This document shows, in pieces, positions 36,426-47,787 of a stretch of DNA of 64,000 bases. Origin of the DNA: Cetorhinus maximus (Eukaryota); contig NC_135896.1 in the NCBI RefSeq assembly GCF_964194155.1, forward strand, positions 96,162,001 through 96,226,000, read 5' to 3'. Position 1 is the stretch's first letter. Each line of letters opens with the position of its first letter. Under the pieces are notes generated by a model. It was not told the origin of the DNA. It ran no database searches and saw only the letters and a list, made by a program, of their open reading frames with translations. The position numbers and the translations under genes were made by a program.

Positions 36426-36489
36426 TGTGCTGTACCCCATCCAAATTAATAATATCATTCATGTGGTACCTGTGCTGATCTGCTTGCTG

Positions 36490-39271
36490 CTCTCTCTCTA
36501 ACTCTTTCTCCCTCCCTCTTGCTCTCTGTTTTCTCTATCCGATTCTCTCTGATTTTGTCTCTTTTTTTTCTCTCTCTGATTTATTTTCCCCTCCTCTCCC
36601 TTCTTACTGTCCCTGTCTTTTTCTCTCTTCCTGTTTTTTCTGTGTTCTATTACCCTCCCTCTTAATTTTCTCTCACCCTTTCTCTCTCTCACATTTTTCT
36701 CTCTGTTTCTGTTATTTTTCTTTCCCTTTGTTCTGCTTCCTGTTCTTTCTCTCTCTATTCTCTTTCTCTCTCTATTCTTTCTCTCTATTCTTTTCATTCC
36801 CTTTATTATTTTTCTTTCTCTATTCTCTTTCTCTCTCTATTCTTTTCATTCCCTCTATTATTTTTCACTCTCTATTCACTCTCTCTCTGTTCTTTTTCTC
36901 TCTATTCTTTTCATTCCCTCTATTATTTTTCTCTCTCTATTCTCTTTCTCTCTCTATTCTTTCTCTCTCTATTCTTTTCATTCCCTTTATTATTTTTCTT
37001 TCTCTATTCTCTCTCTATTCTTGCTCTCTCTTTTTCTTCTCTCTCTATTCTTTTCATTCTCTCTATTATTTTTCTCTGTTCTTTTTCTCTCTATTCTTTT
37101 CATTCCCTTTATTATTTCTCTCTCTCTATTCTCTTTCTCTCTCTATTCTTTCTCTCTATTCTTTTCATTCCCTCTATTATTTTTCTCTCTCTATTCTCTT
37201 TCTCTCTCTATTCTCTTTCTCTCTCTATTCTTTCTCTCTATTCTTTTCATTCCCTTTATTATTTTTCTTTCTCTATTCTCTTTCTCTCTCTATTCTTTTC
37301 ATTCCCTCTATTATTTTTCACTCTCTATTCACTCTCTCTCTGTTCTTTTTCTCTCTATTCTTTTCATTCCCTCTATTATTTTTCTCTCTCTATTCACTTT
37401 CTCTCTCTATTCTTTTCATTCCCTTTATTATTTTTCTTTCTCTATTCTCTCTCTATTCTTGCTCTCTCTTTTTCTTCTCTCTCTATTCTTTTCATTCTCT
37501 CTGTTATTTTTCTCTGTTCTTTTTCTCTCTATTCTTTTCATTCCCTTTATTATTTCTCTCTCTCTATTCTCTTTCTCTCTCTATTCTTTCTCTCTATTCT
37601 TTTCATTCCCTCTATTATTTTTCTCTCTCTATTCTTTCCATTCCCACTATTCTCTTTCTCTCTCTATTCTTTCTCTCTATTCTTTTCATTCCCTCTATTA
37701 TTTTTCTCTCTCTATTCTCTTTCTCTCTCTATTCTCTTTCTCTCTCTATTCTTTCTCTCTATTCTTTTCATTCCCTTTATTATTTTTCTTTCTCTATTCT
37801 CTTTCTCTCTCTATTCTTTTCATTCCCTCTATTATTTTTCACTCTCTATTCACTCTCTCTCTGTTCTTTTTCTCTCTATTCTTTTCATTCCCTCTATTAT
37901 TTTTCTCTCTATTATTTTTCTCTCTCTATTCTTTCTCTCTCTATTCTTTTCATTCCCTTTATTATTTTTCTTTCTCTATTCTCTCTCTATTCTTGCTCTC
38001 TCTTTTTCTTCTCTCTCTATTCTTTTCATTCGCTCTATTATTTTTCTCTCTGTTCTTTTTCTTTCTATTCTTTTCATTCCCTTTATTATTTCTCTCTCTC
38101 TATTCTCTCTCTCTCCTTTCTTTCCATTCCCTCTATTATTTTTCTCTCTCTATTCTCTTTCTCTCTCTATTCTTTCTCTCTATTCTTTTCATTCCCTCTA
38201 TAATTTCTCTCTATTCTCTTTCTCTCTCTTCTTTTTCTCTCTATTCTTTTCATTCCCTCTATTATTTTTCTCTCTCTATTCTCTTTCTCTCTATTCTTTT
38301 TCTCTCTATTCTTTTCATTCCCTCTATTATTTTTCTCTCTCTATTCTCTTTCTCTCTATTCTTTCTCTCTATTCTTTTCATTCCCTCTATTATTTTTCTC
38401 TCTCTATTCTCTTTCTCTCTATTCTTTCTCTCTATTCTTTTCATTCCCTTTATTATTTTTCTCTATTCTCTTTCTCTCTCCTTTCTTTTCATTCCCTCTA
38501 TTCTCTTTCTCTCTCTATTCTCTTTCTCTCTCTGTTCTTTCTCTTAATTCTTTTCATTCCCTCTATTTTTCTCTCCCTATTCTCTTTCTCTCTCCTTTCT
38601 TTTCATTCCCTCTATTATTTCTCTCTATTCTCTTTCTCTCTCTTCTTTTTCTCTCTATTCTTTTCATTCCCTCTATTATTTTTCTCTCTCTATTCTCTTT
38701 CTCTCTCTTTTTCTCTCTATTCTTTTCATTCCCTCTATTATTTTTCTCTCTCTATTCTCTTTCTCTCTCTATTCTTTCTCTCTATTCTTTTCATTCCCTC
38801 TATTATTTCTCTCTATTCTCTTTCTCTCTTCTTTTTCTCTCTATTCTTTTCATTCCCTCTATTATTTTTCTCTCTCTATTCTCTTTCTCTCTATTCTTTC
38901 TCTATTCTTTTCATTCCCTCTATTATTTTTCTCTCTCTATTCTCTTTATCTCTATTCTTTCTCTCTATTCTTTTCATCCCCTTTATTATTTTTCTCTATT
39001 CTCTTTCTCTCTCCTTTCTTTTCATTCCCTCTATTCTCTTTCTCTCTCTGTTCTTTCTCTTTATTCTTTTCATTCCCTCTATTTTTCTCTCCCTATTCTC
39101 TTTCTCTCTCCTTTCTTTTCATTCCCTCTATTATTTCTCTCTTCTTTTTCTCTATTCTTTTCATTCCCTCTATTATTTTTCTCTCTCTATTCTCTTTCTC
39201 TCTCTTTTTCTCTCTATTCTTTTCATTCCCTCTATTATTTTTCTCTCTCTATTCTCTTTCTCTCTCCTTTC
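36490..39271. repeat. Polypyrimidine (CT-rich) compound satellite, about 2.8 kb
   Basis: Recurrent units such as ctctctattcttttcattccctctattatttttctctct; almost no G on the + strand; runs into the gap. Confidence 0.97.
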
Positions 39272-39464
39272 NNNNNNNNNNNNNNNNNNNNNNNNNNNNN
39301 NNNNNNNNNNNNNNNNNNNNNNNNNNNNNNNNNNNNNNNNNNNNNNNNNNNNNNNNNNNNNNNNNNNNNNNNNNNNNNNNNNNNNNNNNNNNNNNNNNNN
39401 NNNNNNNNNNNNNNNNNNNNNNNNNNNNNNNNNNNNNNNNNNNNNNNNNNNNNNNNNNNNNNNN
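39272..39464. other. Assembly gap (193 N)
   Basis: Run of n in the sequence. Confidence 0.99.
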
Positions 39465-39706
39465 CGGTGCGGTTCGAGCGGGGCCGCGGCCGCCGAGGAG
39501 GGAGAGGCCGGTCCCGGGCCCGGGGAGCGCGGGGCCCCGGGGAGAGGCAGCCGGAGCGGGAGCCGGAGCGGGAGCGGAGCGGCGGCGGCGGCGGAGGAGG
39601 AGGAGGAGGCGGCCGGGGCTGGAGGGGGGCCCGAGGCCGAAGCCGAGGCTGGGCCCGGGGCCGGGGCCGGGGAGAGGCCGCGAGCTGGCGGCAGGAGAGG
39701 CTGCAG
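39465..39706 (+). CDS. AVEN: Cell death regulator Aven, exon 1 (5' end in or at the gap); RG/RGG-rich, CpG island
   Basis: ERGRGRRGGRGRSRARG...GGGGRGWRGARGR...RLQ resembles the Aven N-terminal RGG/RG region; donor CAG|GTACGG at 39707, phase 0, compatible with exon 2; very GC- and CpG-rich. Confidence 0.8.
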
Positions 39707-39879
39707 GTACGGACCCGGGGCCCGGCGGGGGCAGCGGGGCCTCGGCACTCGGGTAACCGTGGACCCGGGGGAGGGAGACTCTCCCCTGGGGAATGAACCA
39801 TCCCTTCAGCCCCAGAGACTGGGCCCAGGAACAACAACTTGGATTGATATTTATCTAATATTCATAACAACAACTGAGA

Positions 39880-40165
39880 CTCATATAGTTATATTTATAA
39901 ATAATTACAGCTTAGATTAATATAGTTATATTTATAAATAATTACAGCTTAGATTAATATAGTTATATTTATAAATAATTACAGCTTAGATTAATATAGT
40001 TATTTACAAATAATTACAACTTAGATTAATATAGTTATTTACAAATAATTACAGCTTAGATTAATATAGTTATTTACAAATAATTACAATTTGGTTTGAT
40101 ATATTTATATTTATAAATATTTCCAGCTTGGTTTGATGTAGTTATGTTTATAAATATTTCCAACT
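39880..40165. repeat. AT-rich 35-37 bp minisatellite (aataattacagcttagattaatatagttatatttata)
   Basis: About 5 near-perfect copies plus degenerate ones, directly visible. Confidence 0.93.
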
Positions 40166-40194
40166 GAGATTGATTTAGCATCTTTAATGTAATT

Positions 40195-40890
40195 AAAGGG
40201 ATTTGACAGGTTAGATTCAGAGATGATGTTGCCTCTTGTCGGGGAATCTAGAATTAGGGGATTAAATAATGAGGATTAAAAATTATGGGGTATTGGGGGG
40301 GGGGTCTCTTGTTTAAGATGGAGATTCGGGGGGTGGTGAATTCTCTCTGAGGGTTGTTGGCGTTTGGAATTCTCTTCCGCAGCGAGCGGTGGAGGCTGGG
40401 GTATTCGAGGCGGAGTTAGGTTTTTTGACTGACATGGGGGTACGGGGTGGGGGTGGACAGCAGGGTAACCGTCCCCGTAATTTGGCCTTTCGCCCCAGGA
40501 AGACTTTCGCCCCAGGAAGACTTGACCCTTGGCGTGTCTTGTCCCGGATTCCTGGTGTCTCAGCAGTCCCTTTTATCACTGCGTGTGCTGGGGGGGTGGC
40601 AGGTTCATGGCTTGTCTTCGGGGCTGTCCTGTGGGTGTTGGGGGTCGAGGGCGGCAGCATCAAAATCAGGTCGGCTGACACGCCTGTGACCGCCCCCCCC
40701 CCCCCCCCCCCCCCCAATGCTTCACAAGCACCCACATGGCTAAGTGTCCCTTATTTTTCTTGACCAGAGTTGGTCACCCATGGTAGACAGGAAAGTGGAG
40801 GCCACAATCAGATCAGAAATGATCTTATCAAAGGGCGGAGCAAGTTCGAGGGGCTGAATGACCTACTCCTACTCCAAATTCGCATGCTCG
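40195..40890 (+). mobile_element. CR1 3' fragment interrupted by a hAT-type element
   Basis: CR1 3' sequence (ctctgagggttgttggcgtttggaattctct ... gagggctgaatgacctactcct) on both sides of 40461-40782. Confidence 0.7.
40461..40782. mobile_element. Non-autonomous hAT-like DNA transposon
   Basis: Imperfect TIRs CAGGGTAACC / GGTCACCCATG with 8 bp TSD GTGGACAG (40453-40460) / GTAGACAG (40783-40790). Confidence 0.65.
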
Positions 40891-41797
40891 TAGAAGGGCC
40901 CAAGGTGCTTTACAGGAGTATCGTAAAACAAAAGATCTTGCCACAACCACATGAAAGTAAATGTGTATGCAATTAAGGAGTAAAGACACCATTCCACAAA
41001 TGAGATGTTGAACTAAGCTAAGATGTGGACTAAGAGATAGCCCAATCTCCTACTTTATAAAACTTGTAAATAGTATGTAAATGATCAAGAATTTAATGAA
41101 CTCACCCTGACAACATATGATCTATGGACTTTAATACAAAATGCAGAGTGCAGTAGACCTTTCATTGTTATTCTGTAATTTAAGGAGACCTGCATTTTGC
41201 AATATATTGTAATTATTTGTCTACTGAAATTTTCATAATTGTGCACTATTATGTTATACTTTATTTTAATTTTAATGATTGTCTATAACTATGTTTATGA
41301 ATTATGATTACTTGTTTTATTTGTATCGTCATCACAATTTGGCATTTGCCACCATGATGATTTTTCAATAAACCAATTACTTATCTGTCTCACTGAGCCA
41401 CTTTAGGAGAGATTAGCTCAGATAGTTAAAAGCTTAAATTGGTCAAAGAGTATAGGTTTTGAGGAGTGTCTTAAAGGAGGAAAGTGAGGTAGAGAGATTT
41501 AGGGAGGGAATTCCAGAGGTTAGGGTCCAGGCAGCTAAAGGCGACGCCCCTGAGGATCTGTGATTAGAATTAGGTTTGCACAAGAGACCAGAATTAGAGA
41601 AGCAGAAAGAGTTTGGGTAGAAATGTGTGTAGAACGATCTGGGTGTCGTTTTAGGTGAAGCACTAAAAGCTAGTATGCAAGTTCAACAAGTAATTAGGAG
41701 ATAAGTGAAATGTTGGCTGCTATTGCAAGGGGAAGGAATATAAAAGTAGGGAAGTCTTGGTACAGCTCTACATAGAGCGGACTTGGAGTACCGTGAT

Positions 41798-42030
41798 GAA
41801 AGTAAAATACTGTGGATGCTGGAAATCTGAAATAATAATAGGAAGTGCTTGAAATACTCAGCAGGCCTGGCAGTATCCTAGGAGTGAAAAACAGAGTTAA
41901 TATTTCAATTCGAATATAACTTCTGAAGTTCAGAACTCAAGAGTCACATACGATTGAAACATGAACTCTGTTTATCTTTCCACAGATACTGCCAAACCTG
42001 CTGAGTATTTCCAGCATGTTCCAATTTTTA
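41798..42030. mobile_element. Older inverted-pair Penelope-derived element with two decayed hammerhead motifs, inserted in a CR1
   Basis: Arms ...atactcagcaggcctggcagtatc... / ...gatactgccaaacctgctgagtat...; CR1 sequence resumes on both sides. Confidence 0.65.
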
Positions 42031-42071
42031 TCCTTAGAGTATTGTGTACAATTTTGGTCTCTTTATTTATG

Positions 42072-42555
42072 TACTGTGTAAAAATCAATCTGATGTAACA
42101 GTCAACCCCATGATTTTTGGCCTAAAAAACATCATTTTTCATAAGCCTCGTGTAAAAGTTGACCCAAGTTTTTCAGGGATCAAAGTCCAAAAATTTCAGA
42201 ACCAAAGTATAACGCTGGAGATGTTAATGATTCCATTTCATTGTAAATGTATGAATACTAATGAAAATGAATACCAGTAAGTAAATGCTTAAACCATTTA
42301 TACTTTAAAGTTTTGTTTTTATTTATTCAAATGATTAAAGTGATCCGATTGTGAATGATATTTAATATGATTTCTTCACTGTTGTTGGTTTTTACTTCAT
42401 TCCATTGCGTTAATCTTTTTTGGATTTCACTTGTGCCCAAAGCTAGCATCAATGTCAACCCCTGCAAAACATTACTTGTGTAAAAGGCAACCCTATGACT
42501 TTTGGCCTAAAAAAGTCGGTTTCAAAAATTTGACTTTTACACAAGTATATACGAT
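42072..42555. mobile_element. Degenerate non-autonomous Tc1/mariner/pogo-like element
   Basis: Right end ttgacttttacacaagtatatacgata resembles a TACCGTATATAC-type TIR; internal repeats gtgtaaaagt/gacc; interrupts a CR1. Confidence 0.5.
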
Positions 42556-43050
42556 ACTTGCATTGGAAGCAGTTCAGGGAAGGTTCAGTCGGGTGATTCC
42601 TGGGATGAAGGGGGGTTGTCTTATGAGGAGAGGTTGAGCAAGCTGGGCCTCTCCGCATTGGAGTTTAGAAGAATGAGAGGCGATCTTACGGAAGCATGTG
42701 AGATTCTGAGGGGGCTTGATGTTGAAGGAATGTTTCCCCTTGTGGGGGAATCTAGAACTAGGGGACACAGTTTCAAAATAAAGGGTCTTCCATTTAACAC
42801 AGAGATGAGGAGGAATGTCGCTCAGAGGGTTGTTAATCTTTGAAATTCTCTTCCCCAAAGAGCAGTGGAGGCTGGGTCATTGAATATATTCAAGGCTGAG
42901 TTAGACAGATTTTTGATCTACAACAGAGTTAAGGGTTATAAGGGACCAGGCAGGAAAAGGTAGTTAAGGTCACAATTGGATCAGCCATGATCTTACTGAA
43001 TGACAGAGCAGGCTCGATGAGCTGAATGGCCCTACTCCTCCTGTTCCTAA
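42555..43050 (+). mobile_element. CR1 LINE 3' end
   Basis: SYEERLSKLGLSALEFRRMRGDL... and 3' UTR. Confidence 0.88.
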
Positions 43051-44559
43051 TACTCTTATGTCTCAGGTGGTGGCGCAAGATGGACAGTCTTGGATCCACT
43101 GCCCGTTATACACAGAGCCCGATATTTAAATCCATTGACTGCAATGGAACTGAATATAAATCTCTGTCTATAACGGGTGGTGGACTACCCCCCCGCCCAT
43201 TTGGAGCCACTGCAGAGGTGGATTTCTTCCCGTTTTTATGAACACAGCACCCTTCACACCCTCAGGACACCCCACTGCTCGTGGATTACTGTTAAATTTT
43301 GCCCCTGTTGTTTTTTAGTAGAGCAAAAACACAGACCCGATCCACACAGGAAAACTGCGGGCGCTTCATGCAATCTAGATACAGAGAACAGCTGCTCGGT
43401 CTGTCAGTCGTGGCCCTCCCATTGATCATCCTTAGTTCTCTCAACTTGAAGCTGGTGTCTGCAGAAGGAAAATTTTCTGTGAAATGTAAGTTAACTGTGT
43501 TGAACAGCTGCAGAACTATCAAGTGAACACCACTATTTTCACATTATTCACTTCTATTAAATTGCATTCCATAAATGTCAAGTCCAAACCTCCAACCCAT
43601 AGGAACTGTCATGCTCCGTAGATAATTTGCACATCCTTATTATTTTCAACCCCCTCTTTTTTTATAATAGATGCAGCTCTGTAACCAGAACTTGCATTTA
43701 TATAGCACCATTAAATGTAGAAGAGTTGTAATAGAAAATAGAGGTTGAGGCAAAGAAGGAGATGTGAAGGAAGGTGACCAACAGCTTGGTGAAAGGTGGG
43801 TTATAGGTAGGGTCTTAAAGGAGGAGAGGTTAAGGGATGGAATGTCAGTGTGAGGGTCTATGCAGCTAAAGGTTCGGACACCAATAGGTTCCAACAGCTA
43901 ATGGGCTAAGCTAGGAGTGATCGTAGGTAATACTCTGGAGGTGTAAGTTGTCAGCTTTTATTATGGAGAGCGTATGGCATCAAATTTGATGCTGAGGCTG
44001 CAGTCTGTTTTAGCCCAAAGTAGTGGTTGAGGATGGAGGGCTTGTGGTGCAGCAGGTAGCATCTCTGCCTCTGAGCCAGAAGCTCTGGATTTAAACCCCA
44101 CTCTAGGACTTGATGGCTGTGTTCATAACATGGTCAAGCAGGTTGAGTATTGGCTTGTAAATCCTTCCAACACATGACAATGGCATGTGGTAAGAGCGAG
44201 AGAGTTTCCATGTGATAGAAAGAAAATTGGCGCCTCTACCATTGCTATTCAAAGCTCTGGCCCACAACATGCAAGTATAAGTGCATGTTGCCACAGCAAC
44301 TTGGGCTCCTTGTGAGGGAGTGGGATGGGGTGGGGTGGGTTGGCTCTGTTGGCTGGACGGCCATTGCGGATCAGATTGGTGCCAACAGCACATGGTTCCA
44401 TCCCTGTTCCGGCTGAGGTGGACTCAGGACCTCCTCCTTGCCCCAACCACGGTGGAGCTTCAGGCACTATGGGTCGGACCTGCTTTTGGGCAGAGAACTG
44501 ACACAGTGGTTGGGGCCGGAGATGAAGTTGTTGCAAGGATGTTTTTGGCAGAGGTTGAA

Positions 44560-45420
44560 GACAATGGCTTTAGTTTCCCCAGTGTTTAGCTGAAGTAAAT
44601 GGACCCTCATCCAAGACTGGATGTTACATAAGCATTCTGACAACATAGATACAAGTGGAAGATACATGAGAGGTGGTGGAGAGGTTGAGCTGGGTGTCAT
44701 CAGCATCCATGTGGAGGATGACCCTATGCCAAGAGGCAACAAATAGATGAGGGAGAGGAGGGGATCGATCCTTGGAGGGGATGCGGCAGGGCACTGCATA
44801 AGCTCTGATGTGGGATGGGAAGAGAAGTTGTTGCAGATGCCCTGGTTATTATTGGATAGGTAAGAGTGGAGCCAAGCGAAAGCTTGCTTGACTAAAGCGG
44901 ACACTGGCGGAGAGGCGCTGAGGAGGATGGTGGCTGAGCATGTTGTAGACTGCAGGGGTTCGGGTTGGATAATGCAGCCTGGTTACAATCACACGAGTTT
45001 ACATCTGTGACTTTGATTATGGTTATTTAGGTGTTATGGCTGAAGTGTAAATCTTATTGGGAGTTGGAAAGATTGACATGGATTTGGGTGGGAACCATGT
45101 GTTCGAAGACTTTGGAGATGGGATGAAAATCCTCGAGGGCAGAGTGGTTGGGGGTGGAATTGTTTTGAGGAGGGGTCAGCAGTTCTGAAAGGGACGAGGA
45201 TTGTTCTGGGGCACAGGAAGACAATGTCAGGTATGTGGAGATCAGGAAGGAATGTTGGGGATGAAGGGGGCTAGGATTGTAGCTGTAATGGAGCCAAACC
45301 AGGTCTTATAGACGAGATGTGGTTAAAGAGGAGATGGGAGAGAGACTAGCAAGCAGCAGGAGTTCTGGGCCAGGGCAGCGGAGCTGGGAGAAGATTGGTT
45401 TGAAGGACAAGGGGAAGAGG
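44560..45420 (-). mobile_element. Degenerate L2 LINE RT fragment
   Basis: Minus ORF with WLHSYLSN and LCNIQSWMRVHLLQLNTGETKAIVF, typical of L2 RT; L2 3' end near 43690-43890. Confidence 0.7.
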
Positions 45421-45941
45421 TTTATTTAATATTTTCTTCCCTTTCTGTCTACCACACGGCTTGAAGGAGGGGTGAATCTCTTTGATATTATGCTTGTATC
45501 GTGCATTTCCACGGCCACAGTTCCATAGATTTGGTTCTATTCAGGCACATTCACAACTGGCACTGCATGTATCTCACTGTGCTTCTATCTCTGGAGCTTA
45601 AGTCAAGCAGATGGTTCTCGCCTCCTCCTCTGGAGATAGCGCCACCAGCAAAAGCAAGATGAATATTACAGCAGAAGTCCTAAGGAGCCATTCTTCTGCA
45701 TATTGGCAAGCTGAACAGCATAGTCTGCCTAAACAATTGGTTGTGAAATGCTTAACAGCCAACGTTCAGTTTGGGGCTCCAAGATATCAAAAGTTTTCAA
45801 TTTGCTTGGGATTCCTATACATGATATTTTCTGACAATGGATTAAAGAGAAAAAAAAGATTTTCAAACTAGAGAATAATTTTCTCCTTACAAAGTTTCTC
45901 TATGGGCAGCAACTTTTCCTTCCTTGCGTTCGTTGATACAG

Positions 45942-46588
45942 GGGCAGGATTTTCCCCCCGTTGGGGGCGAAGTTGAAGTGCGGGCATGCACAGGTGTGCC
46001 TCCGATTGGCGCCCCTGATCATGGGCGCGGCACCAATTAAGGCCCACCCAGCGTGACGTCTGCACGGAAGCGCTGAGTGCTCCTTGTGTGGGAGGTGGGA
46101 TTCCCTAAATCGAGAGTGAGGCTAAGTGCTGTCTCAGGGAGATCGGCTTCACAATAAAAAATTTTTAAAAAATAGAAAAAAAAAATTCCTGACTTGTCCC
46201 CTCATGTGACACTGTCACATGAGTTGGGACAGGTCCATAATTTAAAAAAAAACTTTAATTAAATTTTTAAAAACCTACATGAAACCTCATCCCACCAGTG
46301 GATGAGGTTTCATTGCTTTTTCTAATTCCCGCCAGGGCTCCCGGCCTGCCCGCCAACCTTAAGGTTGGAAGGGCAGGTCCATTAATTAGTTTAATGACTC
46401 TGTCAATGGCCTCAATTGGCCATTGACAGGTCAGCAGGCGTGCAGCTGATTTCGCTGTGCCCCCACCTACCTGAAAATTTAAAGGGGGCTCGGTGACGTC
46501 GGGAGTTCTGCCTGACGTCACCATGCGTCATTTTACGCGTCGGCGAGCGGGCCCCGCCCCCCTGCTCGCTAACGGGAAAATCCTGCCC
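45942..46588. mobile_element. MITE with 15 bp perfect TIRs and internal palindromes
   Basis: GGGCAGGATTTTCCC at 45942 and GGGAAAATCCTGCCC ending at 46588; GC-rich arms, AT-rich centre. Confidence 0.85.
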
Positions 46589-46589
46589 A

Positions 46590-47090
46590 TGAATTAGGAA
46601 CGGGAGTATGCTATTTGACCCCTTGACCCGCTCTACTATTTGATAAAATTATGGCTAATCTGATTGTGGCCTCAACTGTAGTTTCATGTCTACCCCCCGT
46701 ACCCGTACCCTTTGACTCTCTTGCCACTCAAGAATCTGTCTAACTCAGCCTTAAAAGTATTCAATAACCCAGCACGCCCCTGCTCTCACAAGGCTAGAGA
46801 ATTCTACAGACTAACGACCCTCTGACAGAAAAAAAATCCTCATCACCAACTTAAATTGGGAGACGTCTTTTTTTAACAATGCCCCTTAGTTTTAGTCTCT
46901 CTCATTAGGGGAAACATCCTCTCAGCATCCACCCTGTCAAACCTCCTCAGAATCTTACACATTTCAATAAGATCACTTCTCATTCTTCTAAAGCCCAATA
47001 GGTATAGGCCCAACCTGTCCAACCCTTCAACCCAGATATCAGTCAAGAAAACCCCTGCCCCACTCTTAATGCATTTATATCCTTTCTTAA
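46590..47090 (-). mobile_element. CR1 3' fragment
   Basis: Minus ORF GLDRLGLYLLGFRRMRSDLIEMCKILRRFDRVDAERMFPL. Confidence 0.8.
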
Positions 47091-47234
47091 GTAAGTATTC
47101 ACCCTGTACACTAAGACCACTGCTTTTGCTTTTAGCATTATGTGAACCATTGTGCCCAAGAGTAGAGCTTTGAGATGAAAACAGAAAATGCTGGAAAATC
47201 TCAGCAGGTCTGACAGCATCTGTGGAGAGAGAAA

Positions 47235-47279
47235 CAGAGTTAACGTTTCGAGTCCACATGACTCTTCTTCAGAGCTCTG
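47235..47279 (-). ncRNA. Minimal type I hammerhead ribozyme motif with canonical core, in a short Penelope-derived element (about 47177-47280)
   Basis: Minus strand CAGAGCT CTGAAGA A GAGTC ATGTG GACTC GAA ACGT T AACTCTG: CUGANGA and GAAA intact, stem II perfect, stem I 6 of 7 pairs. Confidence 0.75.
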
Positions 47280-47787
47280 ATGTTGGGATATTCAGATGCG
47301 TAAAGTCAGGCGTGATTATGTGCTCAGGTTTGGGAGTTTCATTAGTATTGACACAGGGCAATTGCATCAAATCCTCCATCTGCCATTTGGGGAGTTTTAT
47401 GTCTTAATAATTCAAATAAAAATACTTTAGATTTAGAGTTTTATAATTGAACAGTGCTAAAATATTGTGAACATTGAAGAGCTGAAATACTGAAAGGTGA
47501 ACACATTCGCATTGTCACATTCGTTGGGTTTCTTTTGCCTTTTTTACTCTATATTTTTGGGTTCATGTATTTCAGACTTTTCTTGTGGTTACATCCTAGC
47601 TCACTACATACCACACAGTCTTCTCACTCACCCTAATATCCAATTAAAATCGGTGGCTTATCTCGGGAATGCGCAGAGAACGCTTTTCTCATTGTTTCGG
47701 GTACCAGAGGGAAAGAAAGAGTTTGCATTTATAAACGGACAGTTCAAGACGTGAAGAAGTCACTTTACAGCCAATGAGGTACTTTTG

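Noticed and set aside
36728-38547. Long ORFs of 491 aa and 508 aa (F/S/L-rich)
   Set aside because: Artefacts of the CT-rich satellite, which rarely contains stop codons on this strand; no ATG start or domain.
39173-39837. Pro/Ala-rich minus-strand ORFs spanning the gap
   Set aside because: Antisense shadows of GC-rich AVEN exon 1 joined through Ns to the satellite.
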